Shown here: positions 47,601 through 58,163 of the stretch, piece by piece
Layout of the letters: each line of letters starts with the position of its first letter
How positions within the stretch are numbered: the first letter of the stretch is position 1
Made by a program: the position numbers and the translations under genes
Source of the DNA: Zancudomyces culisetae HAW-14-8
Lineage: Eukaryota > Fungi > Kickxellomycota
DNA: 64,000 nucleotides
NCBI GenBank assembly: GCA_052426225.1
Contig: JBNJNM010000008.1
Location: 1,612,001-1,676,000, forward strand
Reading direction: 5' to 3'
Notes under the pieces: model-generated
The model's database searches: none
What the model was told of the DNA's origin: nothing
The model's input: only the letters and a program-made list of their open reading frames with translations

Positions 47601-48316
47601 GAGGGAGACCACTATCATACCTAGAAGCCTCCTCACCAGCGCCTGCAAGGATATTCGGTTCTTCCAGATCGACCAGATCCGCACAACCATCGAAATTGGC
47701 ACAACCATCCAATCCTCCATTTTCGGAAACCGATGTTGATGTCGCAGCGGAAGTCGGTACCGGTCGTACAAATGGTTTAGATGATTCGGCCAACCAATCT
47801 GGTATCGTTTCGAGACTTGGAAGGCGAAAAAGATCCATCAATATGCCACTGGCCAATTCTAAACGACAGCACACCATGACTGCAGAAACCGACATACTTG
47901 ATAGTGATATTAGCGATCTTTCGGATAATTCTCCAAAGAGACTACGTCCAGTTATCAATCCTAATGTTAACCCCAGCACCAATTTAAATACTAATAATGA
48001 TTCACAAGACAATTCTGCGACTAGTGATGGAATAACTGGATCTTATAAATCTAAACGGATCCAACTTAATAGAGTCAAAAAAGCACTTAGTTTGGTAATC
48101 AATAGAAATAATAGTGTGCCAAGCGATTACAATTCTGCTGGTCAAAATCGTCGGGATGAATATGAAGTAAGTGAGAGTAGTGATGGTGGTGGTGATGGTA
48201 AAAGCAGAGGTAGAGGCGGAGGTAGAGGTAGAGGCAAAGGGAGTGGGGATAAGAAGCCGCTTGGGTTTTCGATACCGCCAATTAATTTTGGTAAGAAATC
48301 GGGGTTGAGAAAGTAG
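44609..48316 (+). CDS. Divergent kinesin-motor-homology protein with long coiled coil and disordered Ser/Thr/basic tail
   Basis: Ordered kinesin-like elements: AYLGFTDTRIVDL, GELNIVDLG, IDKSIVEFDKLVEQL, FGDYPLLRIVGPLLSSNS and EHTISFVEKLRRLKN. A heptad-rich region follows at about 45880-46760. Confidence 0.65.
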   Translation: MILTSLRTGIFIDSSTKHNINDNTNENINDNNNNNNNQSLETKQNVQLVSLGETSRCIYVFPTNDVAKRKVFVDCAASSHTLTSLFDTFDMRRLLNHVFVGGRVVLILATCCEYEHAGSVLNICNHNDNDNSNGNNTINNNSNNSISNSNSNSNSNSGGGSMGPIDKRHELKVQILDHVAQYTTKSLYSSSIQSGSSSTSINSINSINSINSNSGNNIGGGNKNGTDGRTLTITRAYLGFTDTRIVDLTSGASYICSGGENKLLKLSTFHKEVSGDDLLPNSEDNVDGTRASILSLRFEYAGECVGPGELNIVDLGNLDWSLSENTRSKYNSQGENVVIDKSIVEFDKLVEQLGNGKPTSGTSFGDYPLLRIVGPLLSSNSIIQNVTFLSESNIDASKLEHTISFVEKLRRLKNVSTLLESDRRIKIWYDKLNGLQEKVYKLSKEKLDLIKRIETAEDDLDAYQKSWAEEKKMLEDEIGHWQEESNKRSQENARITSAHNLATAEYQYGLNQKDYELIALQEQVRQTKINQLDLTDKVKATNSYIKKYNDNRKQYIDRYSQMEHALEVGKNLVGLLMDENEEYRAQADRLHAQLDKTERENSELRGNTDALGTKLSEAERKLADMVRNGTIKDMQKIDALNAQISDLKAENKQLVEDAKIHRGYEKRHAQLHASYEAALARENALQLSNERYIQMLEAERQSRYELISRAQMAVHAAESSTNNTTRYIEGDVPTPMSMPMSMSMPMSMPMSMVYQSNSNQIIPAISYDSASSIDPAFKRPNPKSKSKTNINTNAKTNTKTRSKAKPHSSRFANSNITLLSSSSSSPEPETQTDSQSQSQDQNQLSLLETITKELANPSSMVHSPLHSRLAQLSPQLSPRSPRMLQSPTVIIASPRASPSPSPSKSKSKSNSTNTNVNMYKKGTESDIQSTTDNQYLSSSTTTTTTKTKKTATRTTTNKRAAKSKKQTNPASILESSDASSSTNAKKPASRTTKPRSTRGRPLSYLEASSPAPARIFGSSRSTRSAQPSKLAQPSNPPFSETDVDVAAEVGTGRTNGLDDSANQSGIVSRLGRRKRSINMPLANSKRQHTMTAETDILDSDISDLSDNSPKRLRPVINPNVNPSTNLNTNNDSQDNSATSDGITGSYKSKRIQLNRVKKALSLVINRNNSVPSDYNSAGQNRRDEYEVSESSDGGGDGKSRGRGGGRGRGKGSGDKKPLGFSIPPINFGKKSGLRK

Positions 48317-49065
48317 AAAACTTTATCTTTTTATTTTATTTTAAAAATTCATTCTTTTTCGTATGTTTTGCTTGTGTTAGTTTTATTATTCTAACATATT
48401 AGTTTTCTGAAGCAAATATTACCTTTTCTTATTTTTTTCATATTCTTTTATTATTTTATTTTTTCTTTTCCTTTTTCTTTTTAATTGTAAAATATAATAT
48501 TGATTACTATAAAAAAAAAACATAAAAAGGTAATGCTACAAAACTGATCCCTCAACAAATACAATAATCACTTATCAATGTGCCAAACCTTGATATTCAC
48601 TAACGTTATATGCTTGACACCGATACAAGATACCATTCTTCAGTGAATGGTTTATAAGTCTAGGCAAAGAAAAATCATTACAATTTAAATCAATAAATCT
48701 AGTTGGAAGGAAAAGAATCTTAATATCCCCATTCAATACTGATGTACTATTGATGAAATTTGTATTTACAATATCACACTACCAATCTTAGTTATGATAG
48801 AATATAATATATATACATGTACATATTCATGATTGATTAATAATCTAGATCTATAAAAAGAAAGAATGTCAAAAAGTTTTACATTTTTAAAACCTCGCTA
48901 AAGATGTTTTAAAGGAAAAAAAAACAAGCTTAAACTAAATGTACACAATATATTTAGAATAGAACCTTTTCCTTCTTGTGGTTTTTGCCCAGCGATTTAT
49001 AATTATAATCAGCCTAGTGTTTAGAATTATTATCAAAATGATTTTGGTGTTAAAAGCAGTTTCCA

Positions 49066-49066
<1 letters not shown>

Positions 49067-49097
<31 letters not shown>

Positions 49098-49154
49098 TCA
49101 CACACACACTCACTCACTCACTCACACACACACACTCACTCACTCACTCACACA
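49067..49154 (+). repeat. Compound (CA)n/(CACT)n microsatellite
   Basis: Read directly from the sequence. Confidence 0.95.
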
Positions 49155-49350
49155 AACATACACATAAAATAGCTAATAAAACCAAAAAAAATAAAATAAT
49201 AGACTTGAATAAAATGTCATGTAAATAATGAGTTTGTATAGTTTAAACCAAGTGTAATACAGTACAACGAACCTGTATACACTAGAAAATTAATAAATAT
49301 TACAAAGTTAAGTATAGGTCTAGGACCTTGCTAAACATATCGATTGATAT

Positions 49351-49420
49351 ACTATACTATACTATACTATACTATACTATACTATACTATACTATACTAT
49401 ACTATACTATACTATACTAT
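49351..49420 (+). repeat. (ACTAT)14 perfect pentanucleotide repeat
   Basis: Read directly from the sequence. Confidence 0.95.
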
Positions 49421-49883
49421 GCCTTTATCTTAGAGTTAGACTATTAAAACAAAGAAATTGAAAAAGATATCATTCCCGACAAAAGATTTTCATAAATTTC
49501 TTGTCAGTGTATTTATAAGAATTTGACAAGATAAAGATAAAGATAAAGTGGTTAAAACATTAGCGAGATATCAATTGAAAGCCTGAAATTGCCCAAATGC
49601 TATTGTAGAGACACGATCAAAATAGTATCGTTGTATTTTTGTGCCGAATTTATTAACTAAGTTTGTATTAAATTAAATTGGCATATAAGCCCACTCGCGT
49701 ATATAATGTTATTAAATGTAACTGAGATCAATAGCGTTAAAATCCAACAACAAATAAACCAAAACATGTATTTTGTTTTTATTATAGATATATAATGTTT
49801 TAAAAACCTGACAAAAATGTCATATAGAAATGGATGGATTACCCCTTGTCAGAAATTGGTTAGGTAATTTATTAATGAGTCAT

Positions 49884-49885
<2 letters not shown>

Positions 49886-49933
<48 letters not shown>
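49886..49933 (+). repeat. (TAT)16 microsatellite
   Basis: Read directly from the sequence. Confidence 0.95.
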
Positions 49934-50250
49934 CATTTTATTGGGAAGATTGGACTTTTCTCCCTAGGAGGGTTTTTTCCTACTTCCTTGTTAACAAGTT
50001 CGTGTTATCATTACTTTTATATAGGAGTTTGGATTTCTAGTTTTAAGAAAAAGATTATTATCAATTTTTATTAAGTATATCATAAAAAATAAACTACAAT
50101 AGTAAAATATAACAAGTGTCTACACAAAACTCAGTTATTAACATAAACGGTGAGCTTAAACACTATCCGTGAAGGAAGTAACTAGTGTATTGACACTGTG
50201 CACCCATAACGGGTAATATAATATAAATTTTAAATATTACAAAAAAAGCA

Positions 50251-50347
50251 GCTTCATTAGCATAGTTGGTTAATGCATCGTGCTTATAGTATAAACAACT
50301 ATGATAGAGTCACGCGAAGATCACCAGTTCGATCCTGGTATGAAGCA
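50251..50347 (+). tRNA. tRNA-Ile(UAU) with a 23-nt intron (50289-50311)
   Basis: Acceptor stem GCTTCAT/ATGAAGC plus discriminator A. D arm GCAT..ATGC. Anticodon stem TCGTG/CGCGA with TAT at 50285-87. Canonical 37/38 intron position. T arm ACCAG-TTCGATC-CTGGT. Downstream T-runs. Confidence 0.95.
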
Positions 50348-51656
50348 TTATTTTTGTTTTTGATTAATTTTATTAAATCTGTATTATATATTTTAATCAT
50401 TGCAATGTTTTCTTTTGATTACAAAACAAGTACAGTTCAAGGTCAATATGTCTTGTCAATTAGATCACTATCATAAACGAAAATAAGGAATGATCCAGGA
50501 TATCAGCTTTTGTGAATATTATCACAATAAATAATAGAACAAGTCTGAGTCTAATGGTATTTAACAGTAAACAAAGCGATTAAAAATGTTCTGCGACCTG
50601 AGTATAACTGGCGGAATCAGTTTTATACCAAACTTAGCCACCAACTTGGCTAAAAAAAACATACCATGTTGTATATAGTACCTACAATATATTACTCTAT
50701 TGTCTACACTATGTTAAATAGCTGCTTTTGTTTTTGGGTAAACATCACTGAACTGTATTCAGTAGAAATATTTGCAAGATGCTCAAAGTTCTAGTATCCA
50801 AAAGACTGAGGTCGTTCGTTCCAAGTTGTGGATTTGTCAAAGAGCATTGAAAAGTGCCTCCATATGGCACTTGTGCCTACACTGAACAAATTTCTCTTAC
50901 CATAAGAAGCTATAGTATGTTTCTAGTAACATTCGATGTTTGTTATTTTTTTATCGCATTGTTTTTACCACTTTGATTGTTATTTATTTTGCATTTTCAA
51001 ATCTTCATTAATAGTATTCACACGCGTTTGAAAATCCATCCAAATTGGAGGTGAAAATTTCTGGCGATTGCACATTGATTAATGTGTAAGCTGTCTCCCA
51101 TTTGCGGGAAATCAGTCCAACAATCTAAATTGTGGCATTACATAAACTACAAATTAAAGCCTGGCATTGAAAAATAATAAATTAGCAAATTGACAAATTG
51201 GCAAAAGCACAAACTCTTTTTTTTAATTAGTAGAATTAGAGACCTTGTTCAATATGTTAAAAACATTGGTAATAATAATCTTGTAAAACTCAGGTTATAC
51301 ATCTTGAAATATTTAGCTTGATTGTTATATTTTTTTTCAACCTCAATATATTAAAAAACGAAACGACAAAAGGCAAGATAAGACGTATAAACTTATACAT
51401 TTGTCTCGACAATAGGCGTCCAATAAATACGCATTTTTAATATAAAATACTTTTGCTTTCTATTCCCGCTTTGCTAGAAATTTCAGATTATATCTAAGCC
51501 ACATTTTCGATAATATATATTCATTGTTGAGCACCGATAAACTACTGCCATTGCTTTTCACTTAACGAGAACCAACAGAATAAAAGTCTTATCGGGAAAG
51601 GAGGAAAAAAACAAAAGAAATTCAAATTAAAACAGTGAGAAATCTCGAACGGCTTC

Positions 51657-53376
51657 ATGGATCTGACAATTGCAGATGAAATATTTGGAGGAGGAGATAG
51701 CAACGACGGAAGGTCGGCCGACTTGCTTTTTTGCAACTTCAATCAAGACTATGGATGTTTTTCCATAGGAACGGAAAACGGAATACGAATATACAACAGT
51801 GACCCATTTAAAGAAAAGATGCGAAGGGGTAAGCCTGTTTTTATTTTTTTATTTTTTCCAGTTCTTAATGAGACATTTATGCAAAAGAGATGGATCGAAT
51901 CGATACATAATTCAACTTGTGCTAGCTTTAACTACCGTATAACGATAAACTTTGTGTTTAAATCTTTTCTCATTTTTAAAAAATACGCCTTTCGCCTTTC
52001 ACAAAAAAGCTAGCATCGAATTAACTAAAACAAAATATTTTAGAGTTTGAAACAGGAGGAATTGGCCATGTTACGATGCTGTACCGTTCGAACTTTTTGG
52101 CCCTAGTGGGAGGAGGAAGAAATCCACAGTTCCCGCCAAACAAGGTGATGCTTTGGGACGATTCCACACGACAGGTTATATCAGAGTTGGAATTTAGATC
52201 AGATGTACGAAAAGTAATGCTAAGGAGGGACTTGATAGTTGTTCTGTTGCGATCAAAGGCAATTGTATGCTCATTGGAACCACAGCCACAAAAGCTGCAT
52301 GCATTTGAAACCTATGATAATTTTAGAGGAATTGGAGCGCTTAGCTGCGAGTCAGAAAATGGTATCTTGATATTTCCAGGGCGACAAAAGGGCCACATTC
52401 AGGTTGTAGAGCTCAACTCCTATGCAAATCTAGCAAATAATATAATCAAGTCAGAGTCTAAAAACGGGGATTCGGCATCCGAAACTGCCAGTTTAAGGAA
52501 TCAGCTAGAGTTGACCGAGGAGGTGTTACGACCGGCAAATATCAACATTATTGTGGCCCACAACACTGCCTTGAGTGCTTTGGCCATTAGTGCCGACGGA
52601 ACAAAAATAGCTAGTGCCAGTGAAAAGGGAACTCTGATTCGCGTTTTTAGTGCTTCTGGAGGCGTGCTACTGTACGAACTTCGTCGTGGTGTTGATAGAG
52701 CCAGCATTTACAGGTATTGTTCTTTTCTCTCCTTATCCTTTCATATTTTTTTTTTGTTATGTTAATGTTACTAACCTGTTTTGTTTTTTATTTTTGGAAT
52801 GTATCCGGAATAGCTTGGCGTTCAGTTCTGATGCCAAAAGACTGGTTGTTTCCTCTGACAAGGGAACCATTCACGTTTTTAACCTAGATTATCAGCTCAA
52901 TGAAGATGTACCAACATTTTCTTCGCTAGACAATAAAAGCATGCAGAGTAGTAGGGGGAATAGACAGTCAAGGTAAGTCATTTGTAGTGTTTGCAGTTAG
53001 GTTTCCCGGTTGCTAAATGTTTCTTGTGCCTGTACTTGTATAAAAATTAGCCTAAGCTTCTTTAAAGGAATTTTACCAAGATATTTTTCTTCCGAATGGT
53101 CCTTTGCTCATTTCCGCATCCAAAGTGAAACACGGTGTATCTGTGGATTTGATCAGTCTGGTGAAAGTGTTATAGGTAAGCCATAAAACCATCACCCTCT
53201 CGTTTTTTTTTGTCTACAACACCCGCTTGTACTAACACATACCAAGTAGCCAACAAAGCATAACCGTTTTTCTATTCTTGAACATAGTTGTTTGCGCCAA
53301 TGGGATTGTCGAAAAGTACTCTATAGGTTTCGCAAAGGGTCAATGTACCCGAGAGTGGTCTAGAAGGTTTATCTAA
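51657..53376 (+). CDS. HSV2: PROPPIN WD40 protein, Hsv2/WDR45 (Atg18 family); 5 exons (51657-51828, 52044-52713, 52814-52972, 53051-53175, 53288-53376)
   Basis: Motifs FNQDYGCF, MLYRSNFLALVGGG, ASASEKGTLIRVF, ELRRG (LRRG type), SDKGTIHVF and LPRYFSSEWSFAHF. All introns are GT-AG and phase-consistent. Confidence 0.93.
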
Positions 53377-53919
53377 TTTTTAGTTGCGGTTTTAATAGTT
53401 TATCTCACCACACTCACCATACTCACCCCTCTTTTTTTTTCTTCGACATTGTCGATTTTGATAAATGAAGGGCTAATAAAATCACATTTTATCAATTCGA
53501 TAAATCTATCCGCTTGTCTCGACCCAGCGCTCGATACTTTATTACATTAGTAATTGTTAAAGTTTCTAATTTTTGACATACTTGTTAAGTGAGCTTGCAA
53601 ATAATCAATAAATGTGTTCTCGCTCCCTATGAAAAATCCGTTGAAGTGGGTTGTTACAGACTTTTAAGCCCGTGCTGAAAAAAACGAAACAACCAATGAC
53701 TATCGCCATAGAGAATAAATCGTTTCACATTTGCAGATTTTAACTAGGTAACACAGATGAAATTGATTACCTTTGAAAAAACATGTTTTAATATCGATAG
53801 CTTAAACCATAAAAATAAATACATTGGTAACATTCAAATACGCATTCAGACAACAACAATTTCGCTAGCAGCCCTAACAACGAACAAAGAGATAAACAAA
53901 TAGACATACTATCAAAAAA

Positions 53920-55790
53920 ATGGAGTTTATGAGTGAGGTTGTTGGCGGAGAGGACGCACTTAAGGCTTCTGTTTTTGAAATTGTGGCCCAATCAAAGCTG
54001 AATGATATGCTCGAACCGGCCATACGGCAACTCACCTCTGTAAGTGTATTTCTTTTTGCAGATTTGTTCATTTTCTATTTTCGGGTTTGCTTACTTTAAC
54101 TTTATACTATTTACTCTTGTTTTTTTAATTGTGGATTTGAAATCCTACCTCTACAATCAAGTATTAAGGTATAAAAACATATGTAATAGGCCTGTGCGCA
54201 TCGATATCCCAGATATTTGGTGAGAATTCTAAACAAACACGAAGAATGGTTTGCGTTTTTAATGTTTTTCGTTGAAAAATACTATCTAAGTACAAATGGC
54301 GGCACATTTGCCGAGAACTTTTTTGGGCTAAAGCGAGAGCGAGTCAAATCAATCAATGGAATCAAAAAGCTGACCAGAAAGGACGTTTATATGTCAGCTA
54401 TTTTACAGGTAAGCTTCAATTTTTTTTCTTGCCTTAAAGCAAAGTAGATGGAATGTACATGTGGGGATGGATATAGAAAAGCATAGTACATTTTTCGAGG
54501 AAAGAAAATGGTTATTCGAATAGATAAATCCAATTCTCCTGTTTCAAATAAAATGCTGTCATATACGTGATATATATTTTTTTACGACTGTACTGTAAAT
54601 CGGATACAAATACCAAAACATTTTTTTTTATTAGGTACTATTACCATGGGCTCAAAAACGGTCAGAGCAATTGTATGAGAATCTTGGAGGAAACGTGACT
54701 ACAACTATATTTTCAGATACTGACTCGGATGGCGATGAGAATTTAACTAAAAAAGAAAAAGTAAAGGCAAGTATACTCACATATGATAAATACACACATT
54801 AACTTTGTGAAAAATAATGCTATTAAGGGTGTATCGAGGGTCTTTGTGGATATTTCAGCATAAACTTGACCTCTACCGCAGCATGATAGTCTTCATACTC
54901 AAAACAAGTTCCTCATAGTCGTAATTTAGTTTTCTTATATCATAATTAATAGCCATTTCTATAACAATATTATAGAAGCTTTTCAGGAAAAAGTTTTTAG
55001 AGTACTATCCGAAGCTTTACTTTGGGTCCAAAATCATCAAGCTGCTTTACTACATTTTATACATGTTTGATAAGACCGTGTACTCTAGTATAACTGATCA
55101 CATCTTAGGCCTGAGATACCGAAGAATGACCATCTCTGATTATGTAAGTGCAAATAAACATATTGTGTAGAAAATACTAAAGCTGCAAAAACGCTCTATG
55201 CCTGTTTTGATATGAATAAATAGAGAGATATAGAAAGGAATGCGATTAAATCAACCTTCTCAACACTGATCTCCGATCCCTCTGGAAATCGTGGCTGGTT
55301 TACGTTTATTCGCACCGCACTTCTTGTTTCCACTCAAAAAATATTCGATGGGTTGAAGATTGCGCTACCAATGTCCATATTTTTCTACAAGTTTCTGGAT
55401 TGGTGGTATAAATCCGATTTCTACAAGTCCTCACAAACAAAGGCTATCCCACCTCCCCCAGAGGTCAACCAGGTAAGTGTTTTTGAAAATGGGTAGTGTT
55501 TTTTTCTGTTTTCTGTTTTCTATTTTTTGCCATTTTTCTGACGACATCCTCAAGAGCGTTGAATTGATCTGAATTATATTTCAAACTAGCCGCATCCGGA
55601 TGGTATTGGCCTCCCTGAAGATATAGAAATATGTCCGATTTGTTTGAAAAAACGCACTAACGATGCTGCTATTCCCTCGGGTTATGTCTTTTGCTACCCA
55701 TGTATTCACAAAAGAGTTGAAGAAACCTCAGCATGCCCCATAACATTAAAACCAACTCGAATGGACCAAATAATCAAAATATATTCATAG
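53920..55790 (+). CDS. PEX12: Peroxisomal RING ubiquitin ligase PEX12; 6 exons (53920-54039, 54190-54408, 54635-~54760, 54976-55143, 55224-55472, 55590-55790)
   Basis: Motifs SVFEIVAQ..L...LEPA, GGTFAENFFGLKR, LPMSIFFYKFLDWWY and IPPPP, plus the degenerate RING CPICLKKRTN..SGYVFCYPCI...CPIT. Confidence 0.93.
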
Positions 55791-55991
55791 TCATACAGTC
55801 AGATTGAGATTATTGTGTTTGGTATATATTAATTCTAATAACGGTATACTCTTCTCTATCACAACCTCTTTGTTTATTTTATTTTTTTGCCACAGGATAC
55901 ATAATAATCCAAAAAATAAAATAATAGCGATAAAAGATTTAAGATAAAAGATAAAAAATAATAAATAAATAAATATTTTCCAGAGGAAGGC

Positions 55992-58163
55992 TTAGATTGA
56001 AGAAAGCCACCACAATGTGTTGGTGATTGAGTTTCCATCATCTGGAGAGACAATGTTTCTAAGTCTTCCTTCACAGCCATTCTTGTCCACAATGGAACCG
56101 GCCATAAGCATCATTCCAAGCCATCCCTGTGGTATATCTCTGCCGCTATCTATCGTTCTGCTTCTGATTGTGGGCCATGCCTCTCGAAGCCAGGCTGGAT
56201 CAAGAAGCGAAAACGTGATTGGTGTGAAAGGAAGCATTTGAATGCCATAGATAAATTCGGCGTTGTTTCCAAAGAATGTAATGTACTGAATTGAGGTCTC
56301 CCAGTGGATTCCAACGACATGATTTTGCGAGAATTTGGGCGGGTACTGGCTTGCTTGCTTTATTTGCCAATAGAACTGCGAAGAGCGGATTTCGGCTGTC
56401 AAGATCATGTTATATATATTTGCTTTGATACTTCCGCTGGTTACCAGTGTAAACAGATAAGCAGCGTAGTACGCATTTACAGCTTCTGAGGTAGACTCCT
56501 GGTTTCTGTTCAACCCAAAGACAAAAGTACCTGCAGCCCAAGAATGACCTTCGTAAAAGTCAAAGTTTCTAAACCTAACAAAGTTTGCGCTTTGTCTATC
56601 AATGTTGACATAGTCGTCTAGCAATGCTTGGAGGTTTTGGTTGAATCTAGCAAGCCAAGCACTTCCATCATCGGCCAGCTTGATTACGACTGCTGCTGCA
56701 TAGATATGGTATCCATAGTGGAAGTGATGATCGTTGTATCTGGAATTACCGAAATCTGCTCCCTCATCTGCCAAGCTTTGTGTTGTAACGATTCCGCCCC
56801 AAGTTGTGTCGTATTTTAGTGGATTTGAGTTTGATGAAGTCAGCCACTGCTCTACCGCAACTTTAAGTGTAGTTATTGCCGTTTTGACGAGCGATGTCTC
56901 CCCTAACTCATCAGCAATTAGTGCCAATCTTGCAAGTTTGGCAAGCTTTTTGCCTCCAAAATAGCTTGACGGGGTGTTGTACTCATTAATATCGGAAAGG
57001 TTTTCTCTTCTTAGACTATCTAATATGTCACTCTTATAGCTATCGTTAATTGGAGTATTGTATCTAAATCCAATATTGTTTACATTTGGATAATTCAATG
57101 TCCACTTGCTTCCCCTAAAGGGTGTCATTTCTCCCTTGATGACCATATATTTGGAAAGCCCATCTACTCTTGTTGCATCTGTTAAAATATCTCTTTGATG
57201 GGGTATTGCTAACATAATCAGATTATTATTCTGTGCTTCATCTGAGCAAGCATAGTAGAAACTCATTTTTCCCTCTGTAAAGGTAACCGCTGTGCCAGTT
57301 GGAACAGCAAGACAAGCACTGCCCAGTATTTCGACGTTTTTGTCAATGTTTGCGTTATCTGGGATAAATGCAAACCGAACATACCCATTAAATGGAGTGT
57401 TTCCACCAACTAGATTGTTGTTTATCACCTGTAGCTGATAAGGCGATGTTGTAAAAACGGCCCAGCTTCTCCCTCCCGATGTTTCAAATACATATCCGTT
57501 ATATTGTGGATAGTTTCGAACGTTCGTGATAACACCACCCTCATATGTGAGCTTGGGTGTTGCATTCCTGTATTTAACACTCATAAATGGTGATCCCTTG
57601 ACAAATGGTACATCAAATCCCACATCTGTGTTGTTGGAAGCCCATCCGTAAGAGAAGCTCATGTCATCATATCCCAATGCACCCCTTTTAGCAATAGGTT
57701 CATTGGATTCAATAACCCAGTCATATTCTACACTTAAATTTACGGCTGTATCCGAGTCTACAAGTTTTGGATACCAGAATCTGAACCCGCTAGGTCGTGC
57801 AGTTGTGATATATGGACATGAATAAATTGGCTGGTCTCCGTTTTCCAAAACAAAATTCAACCACCAGGTGTTTGTTGGATATGGTGCTTTTATATTTCCC
57901 CATAAACCGTTAGGTTTGTACTTGTTTTCCGCATTATTATATGGGATGTTGTTTGCAACTGCTGCATTGATAGCAACAGGTAAGTCCTGTGTTTCAGGTT
58001 TGCCTTCGTTTTGTTTTATCGTGCATCCAGCCTCCACTTTCTGGCATAGCTCATCCAAAACACATTCACGTTCTACGCTTACTTCTTCAGTCAAGCTGGT
58101 GTCAACGCTGGAGAGTTTTAGCTCAGCTGTGCTAGCCTTGTCTTTTCTTTCAATGTTGCTCAT
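55992..58163 (-). CDS. Endo-1,3-beta-glucanase GH81 without signal peptide (first ATG at 58163)
   Basis: Motifs PYPTNTWW, YFGGKKLAKLARL, YDTTWGG, DFGNSRYNDHHFHYGY, GHSWAAG, RNQESTSEAVN and GIQMLPFTP. Intronless. Close paralogue of 30214..32334. Confidence 0.95.
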   Translation of the reverse strand: MSNIERKDKASTAELKLSSVDTSLTEEVSVERECVLDELCQKVEAGCTIKQNEGKPETQDLPVAINAAVANNIPYNNAENKYKPNGLWGNIKAPYPTNTWWLNFVLENGDQPIYSCPYITTARPSGFRFWYPKLVDSDTAVNLSVEYDWVIESNEPIAKRGALGYDDMSFSYGWASNNTDVGFDVPFVKGSPFMSVKYRNATPKLTYEGGVITNVRNYPQYNGYVFETSGGRSWAVFTTSPYQLQVINNNLVGGNTPFNGYVRFAFIPDNANIDKNVEILGSACLAVPTGTAVTFTEGKMSFYYACSDEAQNNNLIMLAIPHQRDILTDATRVDGLSKYMVIKGEMTPFRGSKWTLNYPNVNNIGFRYNTPINDSYKSDILDSLRRENLSDINEYNTPSSYFGGKKLAKLARLALIADELGETSLVKTAITTLKVAVEQWLTSSNSNPLKYDTTWGGIVTTQSLADEGADFGNSRYNDHHFHYGYHIYAAAVVIKLADDGSAWLARFNQNLQALLDDYVNIDRQSANFVRFRNFDFYEGHSWAAGTFVFGLNRNQESTSEAVNAYYAAYLFTLVTSGSIKANIYNMILTAEIRSSQFYWQIKQASQYPPKFSQNHVVGIHWETSIQYITFFGNNAEFIYGIQMLPFTPITFSLLDPAWLREAWPTIRSRTIDSGRDIPQGWLGMMLMAGSIVDKNGCEGRLRNIVSPDDGNSITNTLWWLSSI

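Noticed and set aside
49351-49420. (ACTAT)14 as an interstitial telomeric repeat
   Set aside because: The unit lacks G-runs, so it is an ordinary microsatellite.
54755-54775. Possible GC-AG intron donor in PEX12 (AAG|gcaagt)
   Set aside because: A GT donor 6 nt upstream has the same phase. The two cannot be distinguished without transcripts.
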